Made by a program: the position numbers and the translations under genes. DNA of 64,000 nucleotides from NCBI GenBank assembly GCA_963822405.1, contig CAWGHH010000001.1:87296-151295 (forward strand), written 5' to 3'. The first letter of the stretch is position 1. Each line of letters opens with the position of its first letter. Of the stretch, positions 1-9,538 are shown piece by piece. The stretch is from Candidatus Uhrbacteria bacterium. Its GTDB lineage: Bacteria; Patescibacteriota; Patescibacteriia; UBA9934. A model generated the notes under the pieces. It searched no databases. It was not told where the DNA came from and saw only the letters and a list, made by a program, of their open reading frames with translations.

Positions 1-41
1 GTGAATTGGAGGAATTAAGCTTGCCGTTTGGTGAATCGAAA

Positions 42-66
42 AGGAGTCGCTCACGAGCGGCTCCTC
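42..66 (+). terminator. hairpin AGGAGTCGC-TCACGA-GCGGCTCCT, putative terminator
   Basis: Inverted repeat followed by a T-rich tract; a near-identical stem occurs at 3147-3172. Confidence 0.5.
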
Positions 67-181
67 ATTTTATTTACCTAATAACTCACCTCTAGGCTAC
101 GCCCGAGGGTGGTTGGATTGGAGTAAAATAAAACAGCGGCCAGGGAAAGGTTCCCAGACCGCCGTAGCAACGACGTTAGCC

Positions 182-454
182 CTACCTCCACGGCTCAGAC
201 GACATATGTTCGTCCAAACTCTCTTCATATACTTCGCCATCTCGAGTCGGGTAGCAGTACCAGCCTTTCGACGCGTACTCCGTGCCTTTGTCGAGCACTG
301 TTCGATCCTTTACGATTCGGTCCAGCGTGTCCGTTGGGGCGTCAGGCTTGGCGGAGAACTCGACACAAGCCGACTGGAATTCCTTCCACAACGCCTCGCG
401 CTGTTCTGCGTGGGGATGCGGGGCAGAACAGGCCAAAAACAGGAAAATGATCAT
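182..454 (-). CDS. hypothetical exported/lipoprotein-like protein (90 aa)
   Basis: ATG preceded by GGAGGG SD; hydrophobic N-terminus with LAC motif; upstream TTGCAT-N17-TACAAA promoter; downstream hairpin 136-164. Confidence 0.6.
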   Translation of the reverse strand: MIIFLFLACSAPHPHAEQREALWKEFQSACVEFSAKPDAPTDTLDRIVKDRTVLDKGTEYASKGWYCYPTRDGEVYEESLDEHMSSEPWR

Positions 455-540
455 GGTGCGACCCTCCGGTGAAAATCCACAAAGTATTTTGCGAATTTAG
501 TGAGAGGGCGCACCGTTGAAAGAATTTAATGAAGGGGCAT

Positions 541-569
541 TTGTAGCAATTCTCGTTAAAAAATGCAAG
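541..569 (-). promoter_or_regulatory. sigma70-like promoter TTGCAT-N17-(TGc)TACAAA
   Basis: -35/-10 spacing of 17 with extended -10, upstream of ORF 182..454. Confidence 0.45.
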
Positions 570-570
570 C

Positions 571-593
571 GGCGGCCGGGATTCGTCCCAGCC
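571..593. repeat. 23-bp hairpin repeat, copy 1 (GGCGGCCGGGATTCGTCCCAGCC)
   Basis: Identical to 1358..1380; lies just downstream of a minus-strand ORF. Confidence 0.85.
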
Positions 594-612
594 GCCTTCG
601 TGTTTTACTGTC

Positions 613-1308
613 CTAATTTGGTCTGAGCCAGACCATGGAGTCGCGGACCTCTTTTCCGTAAAGAGACTCTACAATAGACTCGTAGCCCACACCTAATCGT
701 ACCGTCGGCAACTCGTTTTCGTTGTATGCGTCCCCGCAGACCAAGATGTGGATTCCGGAAGCTTCACAAACGCTCCGAATCTTGTCGACGAGCTCGTCTC
801 GAATGGAAAACTCATTGATGTTTTCTTTGGTTTCGAGCGCTCTGTCGATCAAGCCACTCATCGAGTCCCAGCATGTCTCGAGGAAGACGCGTTTTGTCTC
901 TCCGTACACCTCCATTTTCCAGCTGCAACAGTCCCCGCCGTAGTCGCCCCAGATGAGCTGACCGACTTTTGGTGCGCTCGGGTGGCGTAGGATGACGAGG
1001 CGATGTCCTCGGGTCCAGGCGGTAATCGCTTCGGGCCTGATGTGTTCCGGCATTCGTGCGATCACGGTTTCGATGGGTGTCTCTCGACAGTACTGAAGAT
1101 AGGTTTCGTAGACAGTCGTTTGGAGTTGCTCGTTTGACTCCTTCAGTTGTCGTTCAAGTTTTTGTAGTTCAGCTTCAGCCCTCGAAACTTCCACTCGCTT
1201 TTTTTCGGTGTATTTTTCGAGCGCCAGCAAGTCGGCCGTTATTGCGCCCAGGCTCTCCTTTTGGTGCGTATCGAGGATCGATTGGGGCGCGTTGATGTGT
1301 TTCGTTAT
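613..1308 (-). CDS. hypothetical protein with N-terminal coiled coil
   Basis: ORF 613..1230 stays open to an ATA at 1308 that follows a GGAGGTG SD. Confidence 0.6.
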   Translation of the reverse strand: MTKHINAPQSILDTHQKESLGAITADLLALEKYTEKKRVEVSRAEAELQKLERQLKESNEQLQTTVYETYLQYCRETPIETVIARMPEHIRPEAITAWTRGHRLVILRHPSAPKVGQLIWGDYGGDCCSWKMEVYGETKRVFLETCWDSMSGLIDRALETKENINEFSIRDELVDKIRSVCEASGIHILVCGDAYNENELPTVRLGVGYESIVESLYGKEVRDSMVWLRPN

Positions 1309-1357
1309 GTGTCACCTCCCGCAAAGTCCACAAAGTATTTATGGTCTTTGTTAGGGT

Positions 1358-1380
1358 GGCGGCCGGGATTCGTCCCAGCC
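1358..1380. repeat. 23-bp hairpin repeat, copy 2
   Basis: Identical to 571..593. Confidence 0.85.
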
Positions 1381-1389
1381 ACCTTTCGG

Positions 1390-1944
1390 TCACAGTTTTT
1401 GCAAGGCATCGATATCCTTCATGAGTTCGTCGATGCGTCGTTTGCGCCACTCGCGAACTTCGGATTCGAAGCCATGCTTCTGTCTGCAGGCGTCATCCTT
1501 ATCATTTTTTGGCATGAACGGGATGACCGTTTCGGACAACTCGCCCATGATGACATCTGAAATCCACGGAGTATCTGGATTTGCAATGACCAACTTTTCT
1601 TTGACAGTCACGCTCCAGATGATCGGGATTTTAAAGAACCCTGACCAGTCTATCCCCCACGCACGCAAATGATTATATGCAGGGAGGTCTAGCACGTTCC
1701 TGTGCCATTTCAGGCCTAGATCGTCAGTGAGAGTTGAATACGATACATATTCAGATCCTAAGTGCCGATAGTGCTCACACCGGACCTGGACTGGTGAGAT
1801 CGTCATGCTCTGAAGTGGAACCGCCGCGGCAATGACGCGCTCCGTTTCGGTGATTACCTTCTCTGTGTGCCAATGACGGAGATCGTAGGGATCGTGGGGG
1901 TTGTTATTGTTCACGAAGGAGATGTTGTTGTTCCCGCCCACCAT
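1390..1944 (-). CDS. hypothetical protein
   Basis: Long ORF; ATG at 1944 preceded by GAGGT SD. Confidence 0.55.
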   Translation of the reverse strand: MVGGNNNISFVNNNNPHDPYDLRHWHTEKVITETERVIAAAVPLQSMTISPVQVRCEHYRHLGSEYVSYSTLTDDLGLKWHRNVLDLPAYNHLRAWGIDWSGFFKIPIIWSVTVKEKLVIANPDTPWISDVIMGELSETVIPFMPKNDKDDACRQKHGFESEVREWRKRRIDELMKDIDALQKL

Positions 1945-2110
1945 TTGATACCTCTGTGTGTGAAGGTTTCGACCGGCTGGTTTGCCGATCGACCCAATAT
2001 GATAGCATAAAATGTCACTAATAGCAATGTCTTTATAGACATGCAATCATGCTATTTGTTGATATTACTAGATAAAGTTAATAATTTATGATATAGTGTA
2101 AATATATCAT

Positions 2111-2848
2111 ATGAACAATATCGCAGAACAACTGGTTGCCGTTGGGCTGACCGACAATGAAATTAAGGTGTATTTGTATTTACTTGAACAAGGAATGTCG
2201 TCGCCACCGCAAGTAGCGAAAGGGACGGGGATCGCTCGACCAAATTTATATGGGCTCTTGCGGTTGTTGAAGGAGAAAGGACTTGTTGCCGAACACAAGA
2301 AGGGGACTAGAAATACATATTCGTCGACTGATCCGTCGGCTTTGGTTTCTGGGCTCGAGTCACGCACGGAAGCGATGAAACAGCTTTTGCCGGATTTGCG
2401 AGCACTTTATGCAGCGCAGGCGAACAAGCCGTCCATTAAGTTTTTTGAAGGCGTTGAACAGGTAAAAGAAATATTTTACGAGATGCTTGAAGCGAAAAGT
2501 GGACTCGGTGTGGCCTCGACCAAACAGTTATATGACGTTATGGGCTGGGACTTTATGAAATTTTATATTACCGAGATGCGAAAACGGGGAATAGTTTGGA
2601 GAGATATTATTACGCACGACTCGATCAACACTAGCGCTAAGACGCCAATTGGAATTTTGAAATCAATGTATGAGGCTCGATTATTTTCTAAAGACGTAAC
2701 AAGTCTGCCGGTTGATTTATTGATTTGGGATGATAAGATCGCCCTTATTTCAACTGAAGCGCCAGTTTTTGGCACGCTTATCAAAAATGAGGCCATCGCT
2801 AAGGTGATGCGCCTTATGTTTGAGCATACGTGGAATGACCTCGCGTAG
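2111..2848 (+). CDS. TrmB family transcriptional regulator
   Basis: GLTDNEIKVYLYLL...IARPNLYGLL winged HTH, FFEGVEQVK linker, C-terminal IWDDKIALIS effector domain. Confidence 0.85.
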   Translation: MNNIAEQLVAVGLTDNEIKVYLYLLEQGMSSPPQVAKGTGIARPNLYGLLRLLKEKGLVAEHKKGTRNTYSSTDPSALVSGLESRTEAMKQLLPDLRALYAAQANKPSIKFFEGVEQVKEIFYEMLEAKSGLGVASTKQLYDVMGWDFMKFYITEMRKRGIVWRDIITHDSINTSAKTPIGILKSMYEARLFSKDVTSLPVDLLIWDDKIALISTEAPVFGTLIKNEAIAKVMRLMFEHTWNDLA

Positions 2849-2919
2849 AGGCGGGGCTGGACTTTTTAGTTATTTTGTTGTATGATTTTCTGTTCGTAAA
2901 CCTGCAGTTTGGGGAGAAG

Positions 2920-3114
2920 ATGTATACCAAAGAACCAGAAGAGAAGAAGTCTGTCGGCGGCGGTTCCGACTGGGGGACGTTGTATGTCGTGTGCGTCGCC
3001 CTTGTGACTTGGTACACAGCAACGGACGGCGAGTCACGACTCGTACAACTTGTGCCGGCCATGTTCGAGAACGCCACGCACAACGTGTGGCAAGCGGTGT
3101 CCGTAATTTTCTAG
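2920..3114 (+). CDS. small hypothetical membrane protein
   Basis: ATG after GGGGAG; one hydrophobic segment; followed by a terminator. Confidence 0.4.
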   Translation: MYTKEPEEKKSVGGGSDWGTLYVVCVALVTWYTATDGESRLVQLVPAMFENATHNVWQAVSVIF

Positions 3115-3144
3115 CCCGTGGACATCAGCCACGCGGGAAAAACA

Positions 3145-3174
3145 AAAGGAGTCGCGCGTGCGGCTCCTTTTTTA
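3145..3174. terminator. intrinsic terminator
   Basis: AAAGGAGTCGC-GCGT-GCGGCTCCTTTTTT. Confidence 0.7.
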
Positions 3175-3232
3175 ATGCTTATTTGGCGAGCATCTTTGAC
3201 CACTTTTATGTCAGCGGGTATATTTACTTTAT

Positions 3233-3436
3233 ATGGCCTCACTCGCAGTAAAATTGCGGCAGAAAGAAGTAAAGATTTTGCATCTGGAGATTGACCGCCC
3301 GCGTTTTGAACGGTTGGCGGGTATTTTTGGATTTTTCGGTCAAGGATTTTTGAATAGTATCGATCGAGCAGAGGATGACATTCGAACGGGGAAAGTAACC
3401 AAGTTAGGCTCATTGAAAGATTTACGAAAAAGTTGA
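3233..3436 (+). CDS. putative antitoxin
   Basis: 67 aa with SIDRAEDDIRTGKV C-terminal motif; overlaps the downstream RelE-like toxin by 4 nt. Confidence 0.7.
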   Translation: MASLAVKLRQKEVKILHLEIDRPRFERLAGIFGFFGQGFLNSIDRAEDDIRTGKVTKLGSLKDLRKS

Positions 3437-3717
3437 TACCCGCAGAAGTTTTGTTGACCGACGAATTTATTCGCCGTTACAGCGAATTGCCTTTGAGCAT
3501 TCAAAAGAAAGCTGAAGTACGAGAGGAGATTTTTCGGCATAATCCGTTTCATCCCTCACTTCATACGGAAAAGTTAAATCCACGGAAAAAGGAGATTTGG
3601 AGTTTTCGGATAGACTATAGCTATCGTATTCTTTTCCGTTTCGCCGAAGACAATACCATCTATTTTTTATCTGTTGGACCGCATAGTTGGATCTATAGAT
3701 ACATGAACCGAATTTAA
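3433..3717 (+). CDS. RelE/ParE superfamily toxin (mRNA interferase)
   Basis: NPFHPSLHTEKL...WSFRIDYSYRILF...VGPH motif. Confidence 0.85.
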   Translation: MIPAEVLLTDEFIRRYSELPLSIQKKAEVREEIFRHNPFHPSLHTEKLNPRKKEIWSFRIDYSYRILFRFAEDNTIYFLSVGPHSWIYRYMNRI

Positions 3718-3853
3718 AAGACCCTCGAGAAGTCTCGAGAGCCTTTCCAATGACCCACCTCTAGACTCCTCGCCTTCGCTCGGAGACTAATGCGGTTTGA
3801 CTAGTCCTTACCGGAATAACAAACACCCCCGAGATTTCTCGAGGGTGTTTTTC

Positions 3854-4174
3854 TTAGTAGGCGAACCAAGGGAATGTAAAGTGGAAAATATTTGTGAGCA
3901 CTAGAGCAATGACCATGGAGATTCCGAAGCCGAGAGTCATGGCGTCACCGGATTGCATTTTACCGAACTTCGTGCCGAGATACATGGTTAGGATTGTGAT
4001 GGGCAGGAGAATGAACATTGGTCCCAGGAACGAGCTGCCACCGCGCGAACCGTGTCTAAGAGCAAATTCCCAGGGTGTAAGTATCGGTATCAGGAGAAAC
4101 GAAATAATGAGAGCCGCTAGCGCAACTTTTCCTGCAGCGGAGAACGTGAATTCTGGCGCTCCGTATCTACTCAT
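3854..4174 (-). CDS. hypothetical membrane protein (3 TM)
   Basis: Three hydrophobic segments; directly downstream of 4177..4587. Confidence 0.6.
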   Translation of the reverse strand: MSRYGAPEFTFSAAGKVALAALIISFLLIPILTPWEFALRHGSRGGSSFLGPMFILLPITILTMYLGTKFGKMQSGDAMTLGFGISMVIALVLTNIFHFTFPWFAY

Positions 4175-4176
4175 AG

Positions 4177-4587
4177 TTACCCCTCGACCAAAATCCGCAC
4201 AATGTTTGCAATGTCCATGTTTGCTAGGTTCTTTGGAATGGTTTCGCCGATGTGTTTGAGAACATCCGTGTGCATGCCTTCGGCGAAATGCGATTTGTTT
4301 ACTTCGGGGACGCAGGCGATAATTGTTTCGTAGCCTTCATGGCCAACCATCTCAAGCAGGCGAGTAGAGAGAGCGTGATAAAGTTCCTTCAAGCGATGAA
4401 TTTTCATCTTGTCGAGATCAACGTACGTTTCTTCGACGCGATCTGTCTCGGCGGTTTCCGGAGACTCAATAGTTTCGATTTCCTCAACCTCGCGATTTTC
4501 TGCCTTGAAGAGGCGAGCGCGTTCGTTGTTTGTAACTACGATCAAGGTCTTCTTCTCAAAAGGCGTATAGTGATCAGAGATTTGCAT
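4177..4587 (-). CDS. host attachment family protein (baeRF12-like)
   Basis: TLIVVTNNERARLF N-terminus and IPKNLAN C-terminal motif. Confidence 0.65.
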   Translation of the reverse strand: MQISDHYTPFEKKTLIVVTNNERARLFKAENREVEEIETIESPETAETDRVEETYVDLDKMKIHRLKELYHALSTRLLEMVGHEGYETIIACVPEVNKSHFAEGMHTDVLKHIGETIPKNLANMDIANIVRILVEG

Positions 4588-4656
4588 ATTGCTTAGATAT
4601 TAGCACGAAGGGCATAGCAACGCCATGCCAGCGCATCTGAGGTATACTTTCCGTAT

Positions 4657-5349
4657 ATGGGAGGAAGATTGGGGGAAATACTTTCGGGCAGTGTCCGCGA
4701 GGTCGTTTTCGGCCTTGAGGATAGTTTTGTTTCGACTATGGGAGCCGTTTCGGGTATCGCTGTAGGGAGCGGGGACTCGCACGCGGTGGTTTTAGCGGGT
4801 TTAGTTGTGATTAGCGTCGAGGCCATTTCAATGGCGGCGAGCAGTTTTCTGTCGTCAAAAGCAGCTAAAGAGGTTTATGACGAGCGTTTCCGACAAGATG
4901 AATCGAGAATTTTGGCCGAGTTAGTTAGTGACCGTGAATCATTGCGCGACTTCCTGGCTCGCAAAGGATTTTCGAAGGTCGAAATGACTATTGCCATGAA
5001 AGCAATTGGTCGTGAACGTCGGTTGTGGCTCGACGAGGTTCATCGTTCGGAATTTAGGTTGTCGCCGGCAGCTTCTGGATCGCCCTTGTTATCGGGGATT
5101 GTGATGGGCGTGTGTTACAGCTTCGGCGGTATCGCTGTGATGTTGCCGTACATGTTTTTGCCGATTATCTTTGCGATGCCCATTACAATTTTGCTAACTG
5201 TGGTGGCACTATTCCTCCTTGGTTTTTGGAAGGCGAGTGTGGCCAACGTGAAACCGGTCAGAAGCGGTATTGAAATGGTCGCCGTCTCTCTTATCTCTGC
5301 TTTACTCGGAATATTTATTGGTCATTTGGTTTCGACGTATAATGGGTAA
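4657..5349 (+). CDS. VIT1/CCC1 family iron/manganese transporter
   Basis: REVVFGLEDSFVST, EAISMAASSFLS motifs; five TM segments. Confidence 0.85.
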   Translation: MGGRLGEILSGSVREVVFGLEDSFVSTMGAVSGIAVGSGDSHAVVLAGLVVISVEAISMAASSFLSSKAAKEVYDERFRQDESRILAELVSDRESLRDFLARKGFSKVEMTIAMKAIGRERRLWLDEVHRSEFRLSPAASGSPLLSGIVMGVCYSFGGIAVMLPYMFLPIIFAMPITILLTVVALFLLGFWKASVANVKPVRSGIEMVAVSLISALLGIFIGHLVSTYNG

Positions 5350-5350
5350 T

Positions 5351-6346
5351 ATGTTTTTACGACGACTCGCTAAAACTCGCGCTCCAGAATTTCCCACCGG
5401 CCTTACTTGGCTGAACGGGAAGCCTTTGAAGCTGGCCGATCTGCGAGGCAAAGTAGTGTTGGTAGATTTCTGGACATATTCTTGTATCAACTGTCAGCGA
5501 ACATTGCCACACCTTATTCGCTGGGACAAAACTTATCGAGATAAGGGTCTAGTTATTGTTGGCGTTCACACTCCAGAGTTCGCCTTCGAGAAGACCGAGG
5601 AGAACGTGAAGGCGGCCATTGTCGAGGCCGGCATTAAGTATCCCGTTGTGCTCGATCCAGATAACAAAGTGTGGAATTTGTACGCCAACAAGTATTGGCC
5701 TCAAAAATACCTCATAAATAAAAACGGGCATATTGTTTACGATCACGCTGGCGAGGGTTCGTATGCTCAGACCGAGCACGAGATTCAAAAGGCTTTGCAG
5801 GAAATTGGCGCAAAAGATTTGCCGGCCATCGGACCAGATGATTCGGTTGGTGGCAGTGTGTGTTACAGAACAACGCCCGAGACTTACCTCGGTTATCTTC
5901 GCGGTCGAATAGGGAACATGGGCGAGAATTTGCCGGACATGGAGGAGGCGTATACAGACAAGGGCGAGCATAAAGACGATACGCCGTATCTTCATGGTCA
6001 CTGGAAAATTGCGTCGGAGTTTGTCGAGCACACCAAAACACTGGCAACGCCGAATGAGTATCTCGCGCTCAAATATAACGCTTTTTCGGTGAATTTAGTA
6101 ATCGGTACAACTAACGGAAAGACAGCCACGATCATTGTCGAACTCGACGGTAAGCCACTACCAAAAGATTTTGCTGGAGAGGATGTACGTTTTGCAAAAG
6201 ATGGAACTGCTGAAATCATCGTGAAAGATTCGCGCATGTATCGGATAGTGAATGCGAAGATGTATCACAAAGGCACTCTGAAACTGAAAACAGTTAGCGG
6301 GAACGTGCGCATGTATGCCTTTACGTTCGGGGGTTGCGTGGAGTAA
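5351..6346 (+). CDS. DipZ-like redoxin (thioredoxin fold plus C-terminal DipZ domain)
   Basis: DFWTYSCINC, GVHTPEFAFEK, TPETYLG, YAFTFG. Confidence 0.9.
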   Translation: MFLRRLAKTRAPEFPTGLTWLNGKPLKLADLRGKVVLVDFWTYSCINCQRTLPHLIRWDKTYRDKGLVIVGVHTPEFAFEKTEENVKAAIVEAGIKYPVVLDPDNKVWNLYANKYWPQKYLINKNGHIVYDHAGEGSYAQTEHEIQKALQEIGAKDLPAIGPDDSVGGSVCYRTTPETYLGYLRGRIGNMGENLPDMEEAYTDKGEHKDDTPYLHGHWKIASEFVEHTKTLATPNEYLALKYNAFSVNLVIGTTNGKTATIIVELDGKPLPKDFAGEDVRFAKDGTAEIIVKDSRMYRIVNAKMYHKGTLKLKTVSGNVRMYAFTFGGCVE

Positions 6347-6376
6347 ATAACCATAGTATTCTCAAATTAATAACCT

Positions 6377-6574
6377 ATGCGAAATGCGCTTGATATCACG
6401 CTGCCTACACATGCTCCCGAGAAACCACTTTTCGGCGGATTTCAGTTGCCGAAGTTTATTCGTCGGTGGATTTCTGGCCGTAAACTTGCCAAGGAACTTG
6501 AAGCGGGTCGACGTGAATACAAAGAAGGTAAGACGACGTCCTTTACTTCGTGGGACGATTTGCGTCGCGGTTAG
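6377..6574 (+). CDS. putative antitoxin
   Basis: 65 aa with EAGRREYKEGKT motif, upstream of a RelE-like toxin. Confidence 0.65.
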   Translation: MRNALDITLPTHAPEKPLFGGFQLPKFIRRWISGRKLAKELEAGRREYKEGKTTSFTSWDDLRRG

Positions 6575-6577
6575 TTT

Positions 6578-6835
6578 ATGGATTTGCAGCTTTCTCCTCG
6601 ATTTAAACGAGAAGCAAAAGGCCTCTCCGATCAGGTTTATGCGGAATTATCAGAGCGAGGTGATATTTTTCGAGCGAATCATTTTGATTCCAGACTCAAA
6701 ACACACAAGCTAAACGGTCCTTTGCGCGGATTTTGGGCATTTTCTGTAAATTATAGTGACAGAGTTATGTTCGAATTTTTGCCAAATGACGTTGTGCTTT
6801 TTCATTCTGTTGGCGATCATTCAATTTATGATTAA
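6578..6835 (+). CDS. RelE/YafQ-like toxin
   Basis: RLKTHKLNGPL...WAFSVNYSDRVMF...VGDHSIY. Confidence 0.85.
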   Translation: MDLQLSPRFKREAKGLSDQVYAELSERGDIFRANHFDSRLKTHKLNGPLRGFWAFSVNYSDRVMFEFLPNDVVLFHSVGDHSIYD

Positions 6836-7979
6836 TAAGTATCTGTACCTCGACTACGCCGCCGCCACGCCTGTACGCAAGGAAGCCCTTAAGGCGATGC
6901 TGCCATTTTTCAGGGTTTCTTTTGGTAACCCGTCGAGCATTCACAAGATGGGCGTCGAGGCGAAGAATGCAATCGAGTCGGCACGCGGTTACGTTGCGGC
7001 ACTTGTCGGTGCGCGAGCAGATGGTGTCGTGTTCACTAGCGGTGCGACCGAGTCGATCAACCTCGCCTTGTTCGGCGCACTTAAGGCGCATAGAGGTGTC
7101 GGCCGTCACGTGGTTGCGTCAGCGGTCGAGCACAAAGCTACACTCGAGGCTTTGAAGAATGAAGGATTCGAGGTTTCGCTTGTGCCGGTCGACAAAACAG
7201 GGCTCGTGAAAGTCGAGGACGTGATGTCCTTGATTCGACCAGATACAGTTATTGTCTCGATCATGGCCGTAAACAATGAAGTTGGGACCATTAATCCAAT
7301 CAATGAAATCGGCCGAGAAATTCTTCGACTAAAAAAACCAAAGAATAATTTGCCGCCTGCAAAGACCCCACTTTTTCATGTTGACGCCGCGCAAGCAGTT
7401 CAATATTTCGATCTAAACGTTGAACGTGATCATATTGACCTCATGAGTTTCGGCTCGGCGAAAATTGGCGGACCAAAAGGTGTAGGCGCTCTCATCGTCG
7501 GACCGAACGCGCGGATCGAGCCAGTAATTTTCGGCGGCAATCAAGAACGTGGCCTGCGCGCTGGCACGGAAAACGTTCCGGGCATTGTCGGTTTCGGCAA
7601 AGCGGCCGAGCTTGTACTCGCTGAGCGCGAAAAAGAGTCAAAGAAGCTCGCGCGCCTCCGCAAAGCTTTCATCCGCGAGGTCACTCGAGTAATTCCTGGC
7701 GTAGTAGTGAACGGCGACAAGAAACTTGTGGCCCCTCATATTGTAAATATCCAAATTCCTGGAAAAGATTCTGAGGAAATTGTGCTCCGGCTAGACGCGA
7801 AAGACATTTTCATCTCCTCGGCGTCTGCCTGTACGAACCCTGGAGCAAGAAGCCATGTCCTTCGAGCGATGGGATTCAATGAGGATGAGGTGAAATCTAG
7901 TATTCGGGTGTCTTTTGGTCATGGAACCCGGAGGAGGGATGTTCTTCATTTGGTACAAGAAATCCTTAAAGTTACTTAG
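6828..7979 (+). CDS. iscS: cysteine desulfurase (IscS/NifS family)
   Basis: YLDYAAATP, FTSGATES, NNEVGT, HVDAAQ, KIGGPKG, RAGTEN, SASAC catalytic Cys, SIRVSFG. Confidence 0.9.
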   Translation: MINKYLYLDYAAATPVRKEALKAMLPFFRVSFGNPSSIHKMGVEAKNAIESARGYVAALVGARADGVVFTSGATESINLALFGALKAHRGVGRHVVASAVEHKATLEALKNEGFEVSLVPVDKTGLVKVEDVMSLIRPDTVIVSIMAVNNEVGTINPINEIGREILRLKKPKNNLPPAKTPLFHVDAAQAVQYFDLNVERDHIDLMSFGSAKIGGPKGVGALIVGPNARIEPVIFGGNQERGLRAGTENVPGIVGFGKAAELVLAEREKESKKLARLRKAFIREVTRVIPGVVVNGDKKLVAPHIVNIQIPGKDSEEIVLRLDAKDIFISSASACTNPGARSHVLRAMGFNEDEVKSSIRVSFGHGTRRRDVLHLVQEILKVT

Positions 7980-8095
7980 TTGCATTAAGAAAAATCGTCT
8001 CTCCCGAAAGCTCAATAGCCCACGGGCGAGCCTCGCCTACGTTCGGGAACCAACACTTTCCATAAAAGTCTCATTTCTTGTATTATTCTCCCCGT

Positions 8096-8359
8096 ATGAA
8101 ACTTCGCATAGTCGTTGATCCGGATTTGTGTATTGGGGCTGCTAGTTGTGTCACGGTAGCTCCCGATTCATTTGTGATGAACCCTGAAAATAAAGCGGAA
8201 GTACTTGATAACGGTCGCTCACCAGAAGGCCCAAAGTACGAACGAACTGTTGAGATGACGGAGGAAGAGAAGGACAATTTGATCGTCGCTGCCCAGTCTT
8301 GTCCAACGCTCGCGATTTCTATATTCGATGAAGCGGGAACTTGTTTGTACCCAAACTAG
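8096..8359 (+). CDS. single-cluster ferredoxin, probably [3Fe-4S]
   Basis: CIGAASC...AAQSCPTLAI; second cluster Cys replaced by Ala. Confidence 0.85.
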   Translation: MKLRIVVDPDLCIGAASCVTVAPDSFVMNPENKAEVLDNGRSPEGPKYERTVEMTEEEKDNLIVAAQSCPTLAISIFDEAGTCLYPN

Positions 8360-8362
8360 TAC

Positions 8363-9538
8363 ATGCGCAACATTCTCATCATCGGTGGTGGAATAGCGGG
8401 CACAACGGCGGCGGATGAGATTCGCAATCGTGATAAAGAATGCTCGATAGTTATTCTGGAAGCGGAAATTCATCCGTTATATTCGCGCGTTCTCTTGCCC
8501 CACTACATAAAGGGTTTGGTGGGTCGGGAAAAAGTGTTTTTGAAACAGCCACAGTGGTATTACGACAATAATATCGAGATCATGCTTGGCGTGCGCGCCG
8601 AGGAGATCAATTTAAAGAACAATTTTGTACTGACTAGCGAAGGCCGAGAGCTGCCGTTCGACGAGCTACTCGTCACGACCGGAACGGAAATCGACCTGCT
8701 AAACGATGATCGTCGTGGTGTATCGTATCTAAATACGCTCGACGACGCTGATGCGTTAGTGGCAATGATCGGCGACCTCAAAACTCGACCAATTGCCGAG
8801 CAACACGCTTTTATTTACGGTGGTGGATTTATTGCGCTTGAGTACGCAAACATCTTTGCGCATCATGGCATTCCGTTTAGCATTGGTATGCGCGGTAAAG
8901 GTTTTTGGTCAAAGATTCTTTCGGCTGAGAGTCAAAAAGTACTTGCTGATCACGCCGGAAAGAATAAGGTGCCAATGTATTTGAACGAATCGTCTATTGA
9001 ATTACTCGGCGACGAAGAATTAATGGGTGTTCGTTTGGCCTCGGGCAAAGAAATTCCCTGCGGCATTCTTGGTGTTGGAATCGGCCACAGGGCAAACGAA
9101 AAAGTAGTCATTGATGCCGGCATTCCAACCAATCACGGCGTCATTGCTAACGAATATCTCGAAACTAGTGTTGAGCATGTGTATACTGCTGGTGATGCGG
9201 CTGAGTTTGACGACGTAAACGTGGGGCGACGCATTCGTTACGGCAACTGGACAAACGCTCTCATGCAGGGGCGAGCTGTCGGCAAGACTATGTGCGGCGA
9301 GCGTACCGCAACTAAGTTTGTCCCAGCGTTTTCAATCGGTTTGCTCGGTTTGCAAATCGTCTTTATTGGCGACACCAGCCGGGAGCATGCTGAGGAGGTT
9401 CGTCAAACCGCCTTAGCCGACGGAAAAGCTGAGGAGGTATATCTTCGAGGAGGAAAATTAGTCGGAGCAGTGTTAATTGGCGACTTAGCTCGCCGAGGAG
9501 CACTTACAAAGAATATTGGCCAAGCCTATGTTGCTTGA
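8363..9538 (+). CDS. FAD-dependent NAD(P)H oxidoreductase (ferredoxin/rubredoxin reductase-like)
   Basis: IIGGGIAG, YSRVLL, GGGFIALE, TSVEHVYTAGD. Confidence 0.9.
   Translation: MRNILIIGGGIAGTTAADEIRNRDKECSIVILEAEIHPLYSRVLLPHYIKGLVGREKVFLKQPQWYYDNNIEIMLGVRAEEINLKNNFVLTSEGRELPFDELLVTTGTEIDLLNDDRRGVSYLNTLDDADALVAMIGDLKTRPIAEQHAFIYGGGFIALEYANIFAHHGIPFSIGMRGKGFWSKILSAESQKVLADHAGKNKVPMYLNESSIELLGDEELMGVRLASGKEIPCGILGVGIGHRANEKVVIDAGIPTNHGVIANEYLETSVEHVYTAGDAAEFDDVNVGRRIRYGNWTNALMQGRAVGKTMCGERTATKFVPAFSIGLLGLQIVFIGDTSREHAEEVRQTALADGKAEEVYLRGGKLVGAVLIGDLARRGALTKNIGQAYVA

Noticed and set aside
3718-3852. Inverted pair of CTCGAGA hairpins as a MITE
   Set aside because: Adequately explained as terminators of two convergent genes; no target-site duplication or other copy seen.
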